From positions 192,001 to 256,000 of the forward strand of contig CAWJTV010000011.1 of the NCBI GenBank assembly GCA_963845755.1: DNA of 64,000 nt, read 5' to 3'. Source of the stretch: an uncultured Planctomycetota bacterium (lineage in GTDB: Bacteria; Planctomycetota; Planctomycetia; Isosphaerales; Isosphaeraceae). The position numbers and the translations under genes are program-made. This document shows positions 42,448 to 55,400 of the stretch, piece by piece. Every line of letters starts with the position of its first letter. Position 1 is the stretch's first letter. The notes under the pieces were generated by a model, which saw only the letters and a program-made list of their open reading frames with translations, had not been told where the DNA came from and did no database searches.

Positions 42448-43432
42448 GGTGCCACCTCCTCGAGCCGGCCGGGCTGGGCCTGAGACTGTGCCCGTGCGCG
42501 GCTAGCTTGAGGAAGTAATCCTCGAGGGTCGGCTTGCGGATCGCGATCTCGTCATAGCGCACGCCGGCCATGGCGATCCGGGCCAGGAAGTCGGCGATCC
42601 GGGACTCGTCGATCTCGATTTCGACGATATCGTCGTCGAACGCGCTCGCGCTGGTCAGGCCGGCCGCCGCGACCTGATCGAGGAGCGGATCGCGGCCCTG
42701 GGTGACGCGGAGCCGAATGCGCGCCGAGGCGACCGACGCCGCCAGCTCGTCGGGCCGCCCGCTCGAGGCGATCCGGCCGTGATCGAGGAAGATGACCCGG
42801 TCGCAGAGCTGGGCGACCTCATCCATGTTGTGCGACGTGAAGACGATGGAAACCCCCTCCTCGTCGCGACGGCTCCGGACGAAGGCGCGGACCTCGACGG
42901 CGATATCCGGGTCGAGGGAGGCCGTCGGCTCGTCCAGCAGCGCGACCCTCGGCCGGGGGAGGAACGCCTTGGCCAGCATCACCCGCGTGGTCTGACCGGC
43001 CGAGAGCCCCTCGACCTGCCGACGGCGCAGGTCCCAGACCCCAAACTGTGTCAGCAGCTCCTGGATTCGCGCGCGCCGCTCGCCGCCCTTGAGCCCGTAC
43101 AGCCGACCGAAGACATCCAGGTTCTCGGCGACCGTCAGCCGGCGGGGTAACTTGGAATAGGCGCTGGCGAATCCCACCTGGCCGAGGATCTCGGCACGGG
43201 CGTTTGCCAGCGACTGGCCGAAGTACCGGACTTCACCCGAGGTCGGCTCGAGCGTGCTCAGGAGCATCTGGATCGTCGTCGTCTTCCCGGCCCCGTTGGG
43301 GCCGAGCAAGCCGAGGATCTCGCCCCGCTCCAGCGCGAACGAGAGCCCATCGACGGCCCTCGTCGGCGGCCGCCCTGGGTAGACCTTCGTCAGATCACTC
43401 ACCACCAGCACGGGTTCGGTTGGATCGGGCAT
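42444..43432 (-). CDS. ABC transporter ATP-binding protein (frameshift near the 3' end)
   Basis: GPNGAGKTT, LSAGQ, LLDEPT, SH; PTLEDYF; likely true end LEEVAP* overlaps the permease GTG. Confidence 0.92.
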
Positions 43433-43735
43433 CAGGAGTCAAGCATCGGGATTCGGGGTCCGGGGACGTCGTTCGACGGACTTCGCTCTTCGTGAGTCAC
43501 GATGCCCGAGGAGATCAGACAGCGCCGAGGGCGATTGGGTTCGCCACGATCGGCGGAAAACCATCGTAAAGGATGGCCAGGGGCGGCCAGAAGGGGAAAA
43601 GGTCATCGAATTGAGTCGAATTGAGAGGACTGACATGCCTCACTTGACCGCCCGGCCAGGGACGAAGAGAATGATGGCGCCCGATATTCCGACAATCCGG
43701 CGATGCCACGACCCTGCTGCGTGGGAGAACCTGGT

Positions 43736-44113
43736 ATGCCTTCGACCAAGAAACCCGAAGCGAGACGAACGAAGTCCACAACCTCCCAGAAGGCCGGGGC
43801 TGGCCACGGGCAACCCCCGTCGGCCGAGCCAAGCCGGGTCGGCAAACGGGGCACCGTCGTGATCCCGGCGGCGCTCCGACGACGCTATGGTATCGAGGAA
43901 GGGACCTTGGTGATCGCCGAGCCCAGCAACGGTGGTGTCCTGATCCGGCCGGCCGTGGTCCTCCCGATCGAGATTTATACCCCCGAACGCAAAGCCCAGT
44001 TCCTCCTGTCCAATGCGATCGATGCCGCCGATTACACCCGCGCCGTGGCCGAGGTTCGCCGCTTGGGCCTGGACCCAGAGACGATCCCACACTACAAACC
44101 GCCCGGAATCTGA
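43736..44113 (+). CDS. AbrB/MazE/SpoVT family DNA-binding protein (antitoxin-like)
   Basis: SRVGKRGTVVIPAALRRRYGIEEG...VLIRP. Confidence 0.85.
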   Translation: MPSTKKPEARRTKSTTSQKAGAGHGQPPSAEPSRVGKRGTVVIPAALRRRYGIEEGTLVIAEPSNGGVLIRPAVVLPIEIYTPERKAQFLLSNAIDAADYTRAVAEVRRLGLDPETIPHYKPPGI

Positions 44114-44295
44114 CGCGTGAATATGGCTGGTCCCTCGCCGCGCCATCTCGAATCCACGCGGATTCTCGCCACCATATCGCAATTGTGCAAGGGCCGCTTG
44201 CACAAATCACCTGGAATGACAACGATCGCTGGGGGCGGTATGACTCCCCCGAGGAGAAATCTAGACCCAGAGGTTTCGGCCCTGTTGGAAGGCGA

Positions 44296-44832
44296 TCACA
44301 AATGTTCGACGGGCCGGCGGCAAGCGATACAGCACTTGCTCCGACCAATCTCAACCTCATCGATGACTATATCGTAAAGTGGATCTTTATACTTTTTCAT
44401 GTTCGCAAGATAAGCAGCGATAATCACTCCGCAGATCTGGCCTCCGAGAGCACCGAACCACGGCCGGCCGAGGTAAAAGCCCAGAATGAATCCAACAAAC
44501 GGACACACGAATAAGGCCCATACGACCACGCTTGGAGGTATGATCGCGACGTTCTTCCCCTCCTCGACTACGACTCGGCGAGATCGGGGTCCCATATGGG
44601 GAACCTCGACAATGCAGACATCGCAAAGCAGCTTGCCGTAGTAATCGCACCGCTTGTTCATGCACTGAAACTGTTCGTCGCGCGGCTGAACGCGCCGCCG
44701 ACACTTGAAGCAGAAGTAAATCCGGCACCTCGGGCAGCGATAGGCTTCCGGGTCCATGGAAACGCCGCACGCTGGGCACTTAGCAGTGTCCCCGGCTCGC
44801 CGGTACTGCCGTTGAAGACGGTCGTCCCTCAC
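44296..44832 (-). CDS. Cys-rich zinc-finger membrane protein
   Basis: Multiple CxxC pairs, two TM helices, C-terminal CCIAC. Confidence 0.7.
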   Translation of the reverse strand: MRDDRLQRQYRRAGDTAKCPACGVSMDPEAYRCPRCRIYFCFKCRRRVQPRDEQFQCMNKRCDYYGKLLCDVCIVEVPHMGPRSRRVVVEEGKNVAIIPPSVVVWALFVCPFVGFILGFYLGRPWFGALGGQICGVIIAAYLANMKKYKDPLYDIVIDEVEIGRSKCCIACRRPVEHL

Positions 44833-44867
44833 GGACGCCCTCCCAAATTGATTAAATACTTATTCAT

Positions 44868-45653
44868 TCAGTGTCCACCGAATTCCTGGCGGAGCTGCTG
44901 GAGCTGGCACTCCGCAAGATGCAGAAGATGTCCGAGCGAGATCAATCTCGACTCCTTCGAATTAAACTCGGGCTTCCTCATCGGCTCGACCCTGGCCAGC
45001 TCGTACAGGGTATGCGAGAGCTTCCGCCACTGCTTCATGAGATCGGAGTAGATCTGCACTTCGACGACCAACCCAGTCTTGAAATGGACGAGCCCGTGAT
45101 AGGCGAAGTACCCGGACTCCATCTTCATCTCCGGCTCGAAGCGGATCGACTCGATCGTTTCGTCGAATGCTTGACCGACCTGGGTTTCGTAGATGATGCC
45201 GGGCAGCGCATTCATGCGGGCCGCCAGGAATGCCGCGCTGTCGAGGGTCGTCGCCGAGATGTCGGTGCGTACCAGGTCGGTGATGTATTGTTGGATGTTG
45301 CCTAGATGGACCGGAGGCGCATCGCGATTCTTCCGCCAAAGCTTGTTGACCATCGACAATGCTGACTTGAACAACTGGCCATATTCAGCAGCGTCGGGCC
45401 TTGCCCTCAAGGCGTCCGACAACGCGACGTGGTAGTCCGTGGATGTCTTGGTCGCCTGTTGGTATTCGTTGCGGGAGTAGTTGACGGCATAGGTCAGCAC
45501 TTGCGCCAACACCGTCAGTTGCTCACGTGAACCATCGATAAGGTCAGCCCGAATTCTCTCCACCTTATCAAGGAGAGGGTCGTCGGCGGGGTACTGGGCT
45601 TTGTGCCAGCTTGCGTAGGTGTCCGGAGCAAACGGGTAGGGAGGGAATGACAT
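44868..45653 (-). CDS. Divergent RelA/SpoT (small alarmone synthetase-like) nucleotidyltransferase
   Basis: KSALSMVNKLWRK, TDLVR, SGYFAYH, EVQI...WRKLSHTLYE resemble synthetase motifs Syn1-4. Confidence 0.7.
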   Translation of the reverse strand: MSFPPYPFAPDTYASWHKAQYPADDPLLDKVERIRADLIDGSREQLTVLAQVLTYAVNYSRNEYQQATKTSTDYHVALSDALRARPDAAEYGQLFKSALSMVNKLWRKNRDAPPVHLGNIQQYITDLVRTDISATTLDSAAFLAARMNALPGIIYETQVGQAFDETIESIRFEPEMKMESGYFAYHGLVHFKTGLVVEVQIYSDLMKQWRKLSHTLYELARVEPMRKPEFNSKESRLISLGHLLHLAECQLQQLRQEFGGH

Positions 45654-45699
45654 CCGCACCTCTTTTGGTCAGCGATTCCTAAGGTCGCGACCCTCGGCA

Positions 45700-46071
45700 T
45701 CACGCAACCCGCTCTTCGAGCAACCCGTAAGACTCCGCCATCTCACGTGCGATGCCCTTCACCTCGATACTGCAGTAACTTCGCTGGAACGCGTCGAAGA
45801 GCCGTTGAGCTCGGTCGAAGTTGTCGTCGAACCCCGCCGCAGTCGAGTAGAGCATTCCGATTCCCGACACAACCATGATTTCCTGACCGACCCGACGATC
45901 CCCGCAATTCTGCTCGAACCAGACTTGCTCCGATGACAGCAGGTTCGCCAGACTTGCGACGTCCTTCGAATCAGGCTTCGACCAAATCTCGTTCCACCGC
46001 TCAACTGCAACGCGATAATAGTTACTGATATTCTGATCGCGGTTGATAAGCCGTTCGACCGTGTAATGCAT
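45700..46071 (-). CDS. Hypothetical protein upstream of the RelA/SpoT-like gene
   Basis: GGAGG RBS; co-oriented, 46-bp gap. Confidence 0.65.
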   Translation of the reverse strand: MHYTVERLINRDQNISNYYRVAVERWNEIWSKPDSKDVASLANLLSSEQVWFEQNCGDRRVGQEIMVVSGIGMLYSTAAGFDDNFDRAQRLFDAFQRSYCSIEVKGIAREMAESYGLLEERVA

Positions 46072-46282
46072 ACCTGCCTCCAAGGCTCTCACTCAAAAGA
46101 CAAAGAGCGCTCCCCTGCCATGGCCTAGGTGTTTTACTCACAAAAGTATCATACCGCGCTACATCCGAGATGCCTACTGCCATCTCGTATCCGGATTGCA
46201 TTTGCGTCGATACGCCCGGATGGTCGAGCATGAGGACCTTCGGTCCGGCCTTATGCGGGACCGCGAGGGCCGTCGCCAATCC

Positions 46283-48191
46283 TCAGGGATTCCACGCAAG
46301 CGTTTCCGGCGACGCGACGGCCACCGGCTCGACTGGGGCAGGCGGCTCAGGGTCCTGACTTGCACCTTCGGCGGAGTGCACCAGCTCGGCGAAGACGCCG
46401 CCCAGATGAACTAACTCGCTATAGGTGCCGGTCTCGACGATCCGGCCGTCGTCGAAGACGAGGATGCGATCGGCGTCGCGCAGGGTGGTCAATCGGTGGG
46501 CGACGAGGATGACGGTGCGATCGGCGCGGGCGGCGTCGATGGCCTTCTGGACCAACCGTTCGCTGGTGTTGTCCAGTGCCGAGGTGCCCTCGTCGAGGAT
46601 CAGGATCGGTGGATTCTTGAGGAAGATCCGGGCCAGGGCAATCCGTTGCCTCTGTCCGCCAGACAGGTTCTGGCCGCGCTCGGCGATCCGCGCCCGATAT
46701 CCGCCGGGCATCATCAGGATCTCTTCATGAATACAAGCCATCTCGGCGGCGCGGCGAATCTGATCGGCGGTGGCGCCGTCGCAGCCGTAGGCGATATTCT
46801 GCGCGACGGTCCCCGAGAAGACGAACGGATTCTGGCCGACGTACCCGACCAGCTCGCCGATGGCCCGTCGGGACACGCCATCGAGGGGGATCGCGCCTAA
46901 GGCGGCCTGTCCGCCGCAGGGATGCGCCAGCCGCATCAGGGTGCGGAGCCATGTCGTTTTGCCACAGCCGGAACGGCCCGCCACGCCGATCGTCTCGCCG
47001 TGCCGGATGGCGATCGACAGGCCATTGAGCGCGCGGCGAGCTGAACCGCCGGGAGCCGGGAACTGGACCTCCAGCCCTTCCGAGACGAACACGGGCTCGC
47101 CCAGGGTCAACCTCGGCGCGGTCGCGGAGTCCGGCGTCCGGAACGACCGGTCAATCGGTACGGTCAAGAGCCCGATCAGGTCGCCGACTCTCAGGCTACT
47201 CTCGTGTGCCTCGTCCATGAAGCGATGGACCTCGTTGAGCGGCGACATGACGTTCAGGAACAGCATCGAGAACATCGCGATCTCGCCCGGCCCGATCCGG
47301 CCGTAAACGAAGAGATACACGGCGAAGGCCAGGACCAGCACGTGGAAGAGCCCCTCGTTGATCGCCTTGCCGGCGCCGAAGAGGGACATCTCGAAGTGGT
47401 GCCTCAGCTCCTTCGAGCGCCGGCGCTCGGCCGCACGCGCCACCCGCCGCACTTCATGCCGGTGCGTATGCGCCGCCCGCACGTAGTCGATGCCCCCTAG
47501 CTGTTCGACGACGGTGCCGTCCATCACCTCGCGGGTCCGCAGCAGGTCGAGGCGAATCCCCTTCTGCGTGATGATCTGCCAGATCGTCAGGCCCAGCGAC
47601 AAGGGCGCCACGCCGAGCATCGCCAGCGCGATCCTCGGCTGCTGTGACACGGCCGCCACCAGCGCGAAGCCCCCCGTCAACAAGGCCGGCACGAACTCCA
47701 GGAAGGTCAGTCGCAGGAACCGCACGAATCCTTCCACGCTTCGATTGATGCGACCATACAACGCCCCGACATGATCCTGGGCCAGCACCGTCAGGTCCAC
47801 TTTCATCAGGTGAGCCACGACCCGCACATACATATCCTTGTCGATACGAGTACAGGTATTCTCGACCAGGTACCGCCGCAGGACATTCATGGATTCGCGG
47901 ACGAGGTAGGCGGTGGCGATGATCGCCAGATAGACGGAGGCGACCCGGATGAGGGCCGTCGGGGCTATCCCGGGGTGGGTCGCGGGGTTCACCGCATCCA
48001 CCAACCAGCCCAGACCCAGTGCGATCGCCGTAGCCGCCGCACTGCCCAGGCTCATCACCAGGAGCGCCCCAGCTCAGCGCAAGCCGGTGCCTCCAGGGAA
48101 CTAACCGCCAGACCTGGCGGCCGCGCCGCGCAATCGTGCCCAGCTCCCTCCCGATGCTCCGCAGCCTCTCCGACTTCGTCGGCCTCTTCAT
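46283..48191 (-). CDS. ABC exporter, fused TMD + NBD (frameshift near 48070)
   Basis: GRSGCGKTT, LSGGQRQR, ILDEGTSALD; N-terminal TM domain. Confidence 0.92.
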
Positions 48192-48827
48192 CAATCTCCT
48201 CGCATCCAGCCAAGCGACCGCCCATCTGGCCGAAAGCCCCCGACGATCGCGAAAAACCCAGAAAAACTCACTCCGACTGTTGGCGGAGCCCTGCGCTTTT
48301 TCCGTATCTATCTCTAGCCTCGAAGGATCTCTCACCCCCCTCGTTGCGGGTTTTGTCCCTTAAGCGAAGGGTTAAACGAGAGATTAACCAGTGTTTAACA
48401 ATAGTTACAAGCCGATTGGCCCGCCGATTGCAGGATTCCTGGAGGTCAACGGGATTTGTCGGCCCAGGTGCCACTGGAGTGGCGCTTACCCTTGACAGAC
48501 GACACTTTGAAATACGAGCAATGGACCCTCCGACGAGAACTTCCGAAATCGGATTCCTTTCTCAATGGTTCGGGGTCACCGAGCGGCACACCAATTGCCC
48601 GGGATGATGGATTCTTGCCTATCTTGAAACGATGCGGGGCGATTCTCCGGATCGGTGGCCGATACGTTTGACCCATCAACGACCCAATTCTCCGAGAGGT
48701 CCGGAGCGGGAATTGAGAGGGGCCAGTCCCTCGGGAATCCCTCGGGATTTCGGACGAGTAAGTCCTTTACATTAAAGAGATCACCGTGACATCCAGAAGA
48801 GTCTCCGCCAGGGAGGATGCATCCCCG

Positions 48828-49106
48828 ATGGTGAAGCATGACACCGCGAGTATCCCCGTGGCCAATCCCCGGCCCCCGTCGGCGCCGGGAGGCGACCGCG
48901 TCGCTGTCGGACGGAACGAGCGAACCGGCTACCGCCTCGCAACCGAACCGTTGTCGCCGGCTCAACAGGAAGAAGTCCTCGTGGTCGACGACCGCGCCGC
49001 GCTGCGGCCTGCGCAGGTGGTCGAGAGCAAGTTGACACGGTTGCTCCAGGAGACCTCGCTACCCGTCAGCCACCTCCAGATGAGAGGACTCTTACGTGCT
49101 CGGTGA
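48828..49106 (+). CDS. Possible small hypothetical protein
   Basis: GGAGG upstream of ATG; no recognisable domain. Confidence 0.3.
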   Translation: MVKHDTASIPVANPRPPSAPGGDRVAVGRNERTGYRLATEPLSPAQQEEVLVVDDRAALRPAQVVESKLTRLLQETSLPVSHLQMRGLLRAR

Positions 49107-49415
49107 TGAGGGATCATCGGCTCCGCCCCGGGAAAGCTGAAGGCTGAAAACGCCTGCTCGACGACAGCCATCCCGGACTTCCGGAGCCAGGCCTGGGTTG
49201 GCGGTCATCGGCGTCCGGGTGCGTCGCGTCTATCTCAGCCCTCAGCCTTCCTGGGACAGAATCGTCCTCATTCGAATCGAGAATTCCCAGGAGTCGCGCA
49301 CGCCACGGTCCTCTGGTCTTGCCCGTATCCTGGGCACGAGAAGCCCGACAGAGCAGCAAAGTCCACTTCCGCTCGTGCGATTCGCTTTTACTATTTTACA
49401 ATTAATGACCCGTGA

Positions 49416-52400
49416 CTAATGCCCCATGACCAGGCGGACCTGATGGCTCCGACCGTCGTTGAACCAGGGGGATGACCGGCTCGGGCTGGGGCTGGTCGTC
49501 GACCCAGACCACCGGGGTCCCTGACTCGACGCCCTGGGGATTCTGGACGGCGATCCGGTAGGTCGCCGATCGGAAGCGATAGACGATCTCGAAGCCCGGC
49601 CAGTCGGGCGGGATACGGGGATCAATGACCAGGCGGTCGCCCTCCCGGCGCAGGCCCAGGGTGGCCTCGAGGAGAGTACGGTAGAGCCAGGAGGCGGAGC
49701 CGGTGTACCAGGTCCAGCCACCTCGTCCGACATGGGGTGGGCGGCTGTAGACGTCGCCAGCCACCACGTAGGGCTCGACCTTGTAGCGCTCGACCCCCTG
49801 CGGATCCTGGGCGTGGCGGATCGGGTTCAACAATTCGATCAGATCGACGGCGCGGCGGCCCTGGCCGAGCTGGGCAAACGCCCAGACAACCCAGGTGGCC
49901 GCGTGGGTGTACTGGCCGCCGTTCTCGCGGATGCCGGGCAGATAGCCCTTGATATAGCCGGGATCGAGCGGCTCGTTGTCGAACGGCGGGGCGAATAAGA
50001 GGATCAGCCGCCCCTGGCGATCGACCAGATGTTGGTCGACGGACTCTAACGCCTGGGCGACCCGCGACGGTTCGCCGGCGCCGGAAAGCACGGCCCACGA
50101 CTGGGCGATCGAGTCGATCTGGCAGGCGTCGTTTCGCGCGGAGCCGAGCGGCGTTCCATCGTCGAAGTACGCACGGCGGTACCAGTCGCCGTCCCAGGCG
50201 TGGGACTCGACGGCCAATCGAAGCGTCTCGGCCCGCTGCCGCAGGGCGGTCGCGCGTTCGGAGTCGCCGCGCGATTCGGCCAGCGCGGCGAACCGGCCCA
50301 GTCCGGCGATGGCAAACCAGGCCAGCCAGACGCTCTCGCCCTTCCCCTCGCTGCCAACGCGGTTCATGCCGTCGTTCCAGTCGCCGTGAAGCATCAGGGG
50401 CAAGCCGTGGGCACCGACGCCCCGTCGGGCGACACACTCGAAGGCCCGGACACAATGATCGTAGAGCGAAGCCGGCGGCTCGGCGACGGACGCCAGGCCG
50501 TAATCGTCCTCCTGGCCGGGCGGGAGGGGACGCGCCTGGAGATAGGGGATCGCCTGGTCGAGGATCGCGACGTCGCCGGTCGTCTCGACGTAGTGGCTCA
50601 CGACGAACGGCAGCCAGAGCGGGTCGTCGGCGATCCGAGTGCGGATGCCGCGCCCGATCGGCGGGTGCCACCAGTGCTGAACGTCGCCCTCGAGGAACTG
50701 GTGCGATGCTGCGCGAAGGATATGCTCGCGGGTATATTCGGGCGCGGCGTGGATCAGGGCCATGACATCCTGGAGCTGGTCTCGGAACCCGTACGCGCCG
50801 CCCGACTGGTAGAAGCCCGACCGGCCCCAGTACCGGCAGGCGAGTACCTGATAGAGCAGCCATCGGTTGACCAGCAGGTCCAGCGCGCGGTCGGGGGTGT
50901 GGACCTGCACGGCGCCGAGCAGTTCGTCCCAGCGGGCCTGGACGTCCCGGAGCGCCTGCACGGCGCGGCCCGGCTCGCGGTAGCGTCGGACCAGCTTGCG
51001 CACCGCGTCGATCTCCACCGCCTCGCCCAGCATGAAGAGGACCTCGACCTCGGCGCCCGGCTCGAGATCGAAGGAGACCTGGATCGCTGCGCAAGGGTCC
51101 AGCGCGGCGCCCGCGAGGGCGGTCAGCTCGATGCGGCCTAGCGCAGACGGCGCCGCGACGGAACCGTGTCGGCCGAGGAACGACAGGCGATCGGCGCTCA
51201 ACGACCGGGGCCGGCGGTCGACGTCGGCGAACGCCACGCGATCGGCGAAGTCGGGGCGGAAGGCGTTCCGCGCCAGCAGGGCGCCGGTCTCCTCGTCAAC
51301 CTCGGTGACCACGTGCATCGCGGCGGCATCACGAGTGAGGCCGAGGACCCACTCGGCATAGTAGACCGCCGACAGCCGACGCGGCCGATCGCCCGGGTTC
51401 TTGACGCACAGACGGATCAGCTTGATCGGGTCCTCGAGCGGGACGAACAGCGTGAGTTCGTGGGCCAGCCCGTGCGCGTTCCGCTCGAAGATGGTGTAGC
51501 CCTGACCGTGTCGGACCCGCGTCGGCTGGCCGGAGGGGACCGGCATCGGGGTCGGGGACCAGACCTCGCCGGTCTCCTCGTCGCGCAGGTAGACGACCTC
51601 GCTGGGTGGGTCGGAGACCGGGTCGTTGCTCCAGGTGGTGAGGCGGTTGGACTGGCTGTTGACGGCCCAGGTGAACCCCGAGCCGGCCTCGGAGACGACG
51701 AAGCCGAAGCGAGGATTGGCGATGACGTTGACCCACGGGGCAGGGGGGAGCTGGGGATGCGCCGGGGCCGGGTGGTGGGCCACGGGTCCGTTGCGGCCGA
51801 TGTTCGGCGGGGGCGGGCCCTGCACCAGCACGCAGTATTCCCGGCCGTCGGCGGTGAAGCCGCCCAGGCCGTTGAAGAAGAGGAGGTCCGCGGGGAGCTC
51901 GACCGGCTCGTCGGGCCAGGCGGCGGGCTCGCGGGTGGGCGCGAGTCGGGCGGGCAGGGGAACGTCGCGCTCGGTGCGGTCGAGCTGGCTACCCAGCGAG
52001 CCGCGATCGCCAACCAGGACGGCGCGGGCGGCAGCCAGGAGCAACATCCGCTCGTCCTCGCTCATCTGCGACGCCTTGCGCACGAAGACGCCGCCGGGCT
52101 GGTCAACCCGCTCGAGGCTGCCCGCGGACCGGACGGTTTCCAGGAGCTGCCGGTTCAACTCGTCGAGATAGCTGCCCGACTCCTCGTCGAGCAACACCAG
52201 GTCGAACTCCAACCCGCGGAGGCGGAGATAGGCGTGCGCGGCCAGGAGCTGGCGGGCCAGCGGGATCTGGTCGGCGGTGGCGAGCCGGGCCAGGACGATC
52301 GGCCGGTCGCCCGAGACGCCGAACCGCCACAGGCCGGGCTGGCCCAGTTGGTTGCCGGCCAGCACCGCGGGCTCGGCCCGCAGGGCGCCGCTGGCGAACA

Positions 52401-55400
52401 CGATGTGCGAGGCCAGCCGCTGGAACAGGTGCGCGTCCGAGCCGGAGCGGTCGTGGTGTCGGTGCTCGACCTGGCTGTGCGCCCAGGCCAGTTCGAAGGC
52501 GCGAGACGCGGCGGCCGGCTCGCGGAACTGGTCGGCCAGGGCCTGGGCCTCATCGCGGGACTCGGCAAACGCGGTGGTCAGCGACATCACCGCGGAGCCG
52601 CCCGGCTCGATGCGGAACCGGCGGCGGAGGCAGAGGACCGGGTCGAGCACCGGGCCGACGGTCCCCGAGAGGACGGCGCCGGGCTCGAGCGCCGCGGGGT
52701 TGGCAGGCGTGCGGCCGCGGCCGAGGAACCGCGCGCGGTCGGTCTCGTACTGCGTCTCGCCCACCGGCTCGCTCCCCGTGGTCGAGCCGTCCACCGCCGC
52801 GACGTGCATCGCCCACAACGGCTGCTCGGCGGCCGAGCGCATCCGCCGCCGGCAGAGGATCGCCTGCGGGCCGGGGAGCCACTCCGTCTCCAGGAAGAGC
52901 TTGACGAACGCCGGATGGCCGAGGTCGGCACCGCGCGGGGCCAGCACGACCTCGGCGTAGCTGGTCAGCTCCAGCTCACGCGGGACTGGATCATGATTGA
53001 ACAGGGTCACACGGCGGATCTCGGCACGATGCTCGGGCGAGACGATGACCTCCAGGATGGTCTCGATACCCAGGTCGCGGCGGCGGAAGGTCGCCTTGTC
53101 GGCGGCGAAGATGACCTCGTAGGACTCGGGGGCCCGGCAGACCGGCTGGAAGCCGGCCGACCAGAACACGCCGCGACCGACGTCACGCACGTAACAGAAC
53201 TGGCCCCACGCCTCGTGGGCCGCGTCCTCGCGCCAGCGGGTCACGTCCAGCCCCCGGCAGGTGCTCGAGCCCGAGCCGGCGTTGGTGAGCAGCACGTGGT
53301 ACTGGGTGTTGGAGAGGATGTGGGTCCGCGGCACGGGAGTCGCGGGCGTCGTCAGCCGGCGGCCCATCGGCGTGCCGGCGACCGCCGCGACGGAACCGTC
53401 GGCGCTCGGCGCCGGCCCCGTGCTCGACGACGCGGCGGGCGCCGCGGTCTCGACCATCGGCGCGTCGGTGGGGACGCGTTCCTGGAGCAGCAGCTCGATG
53501 GCCCGCACCCGCGCCTCGGACTGGAACCGCAGGGTCATCACGTCGGCGAGCAAGCTGTTCGTCAGCGCCACCAGGCTCATCCCCTGGTGATGGGCCATGT
53601 AGGATCGGACGACGACCGAGCGCTTCCCCTGGGACAGGCGGTCGGGCGTGTAGTCGATCGCCTCGTAGAAGCCGTATTCCCCCTCGGCGCCTTCCTGGGC
53701 CAGATGCCGGAAATTCGCCAGGGCCTCGCGGGGCGCGAGCATCGTGGCCATGGCCGTCGCATACGGCGCGACGACCCGGTCCTGCTCGAGACCTTGCTTG
53801 AGCCCCAGGCCCGGGACACCGAAGGCCTGGTACTGGTAGTCGCCGTCGAGGTATTGCGCGGAGAAACCCGATTCCGAGATCCCCCACGGTAGCCCCAGGC
53901 TGCGGCCGTATTCGATCTGCCGCGCCACGGCCGTGCGGCACGCCTCGGCCAGCAGGGTGCCGGGCAGGCTCTTGAGCAAGAGCCGGGGCATCAGGTACTC
54001 GAACATGGTCCCGCCCCAGGAAATCAGGCCGACGCGCCCGGCGGCACGGATGAACGGCCGGCCGAGCTGGAACCAGTGGCGGCGCGGGGCCTCGCCCCGC
54101 GCGACGGCCAGGTAGCTGGTCAGGCAGCACTCCGAGGCCATCAGGTCGTAGCAGGTGCTGTCGAGCCGGTTCTGGACCAGGTTGAAGCCGATGGCGAAGA
54201 GGTGGCGATCGGGCCGGTAGAGCGGGCGGAAGTCCATCGCCTTGGCCAGGGCTTCGGCCGACTCGGCCAGACTGCGGAGCCGGACCAGCAGCGCCGCCGG
54301 TCGCGGGTCGCGCACCGCCGCCGCGATCGCCCGCAGACCCTCTGCGGCCGACGGATTGGCGGCCTCGGCCTCCAGCGCGGTCAGCTCGGCGAGAAGATGA
54401 TCGGCCCGGTCGACGATCACCGAGAGGCTCGCCTGGGCGACGAGCTCCATCCGGACCGATTCCCAACGCCGACGGGCGGCATCGGATGGGAACGATGCCG
54501 CGGCCCCTTGCTCCCAGGCCCGCAGGGCCGCTAGCCAGGGTGCGGTCGCCGTCAGCTCGGCCCGCCAGGCCCCAACTTGCGTGACCAGGCGATCCGCCCA
54601 CGTCGCCGGCACGACGGCGGGCGACGCGGCGACGATCGCGACTCCCGTCGCCGCGGTTGACTGCTTCTCTCCGCGACCGGCCAGCTCGAGTGCGTCGCGC
54701 TCGAACGCCTCCAGCCAGGTATCCCATCCGGCCAGGTCCACCGGCGGCACATCGATCATGGCCGAGAGCCGCCGTGCGAGCCCCATCGAAGCTTGTTCGG
54801 CGGCCAGGCCGAGCGTGTCGGCCAGCCCCTGGACCACTCCCGGCCCGAAGAGCGGCGCCTGGGTTTTTTCGATCAGTCCATGCGCCAGGGTGAGCAGGCA
54901 GCCCAGCAGGTTGCCGCTATCGACCGTCGAGATGTAGCGCGGCGGCAGCGGCTGGAGGGTCTCGGTCTGGTACCAGTTGTAGAAGTGGCCCCAGTGCCTT
55001 TCCAACGAGTTGAGCGTGTCGAGCGTCCGCGCGAGACGGTCCGCCAAGGTGCCCATGCCGATATAGCCGAGGTCGCTGGCGGCGAGGGTCGACAGGAGGA
55101 GCAGGCCCTGGTTCGTCGGCGAGGTGCGGTGGGCGATGCGGCCGTCGGGGACTTCCTGGAAGTTGTCGGGAGGGAGCCAGTGGTCGGCGTCGCCGACGAA
55201 CGACTCGAAGAACAACCAGGTCTTCCGCGCCAGTCGCCGCAAGGCCCGGTGCTCCGCCTCGGTCAGATGGAGATGCGTCACGATGCGGGGCCGACTGACG
55301 CGGAAAGCCGCCCACGGAGACACGAGCCAGGCCACCAGGAACGGAGCCGCCGCGACGATCGCGCCGGGCCGCAGGGCGAGGATCGCCGCGGCGACCGCGA

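Noticed and set aside
41450..43432. 660-aa fused ABC ORF
   Set aside because: Read-through caused by a frameshift; the permease is a separate ORF in another frame
43606..43625. 10-bp tandem duplication TCGAATTGAG x2
   Set aside because: Could be an excision footprint or operator, but too short to support a call
44100..46280. Integron cassette array explaining the lower-GC genes
   Set aside because: No attC-like structures recognisable between the genes
51166..53892. Long antisense ORFs (e.g. 908 aa here, 613 aa at 35280-37121)
   Set aside because: Shadow ORFs of GC-rich genes with no recognisable domains
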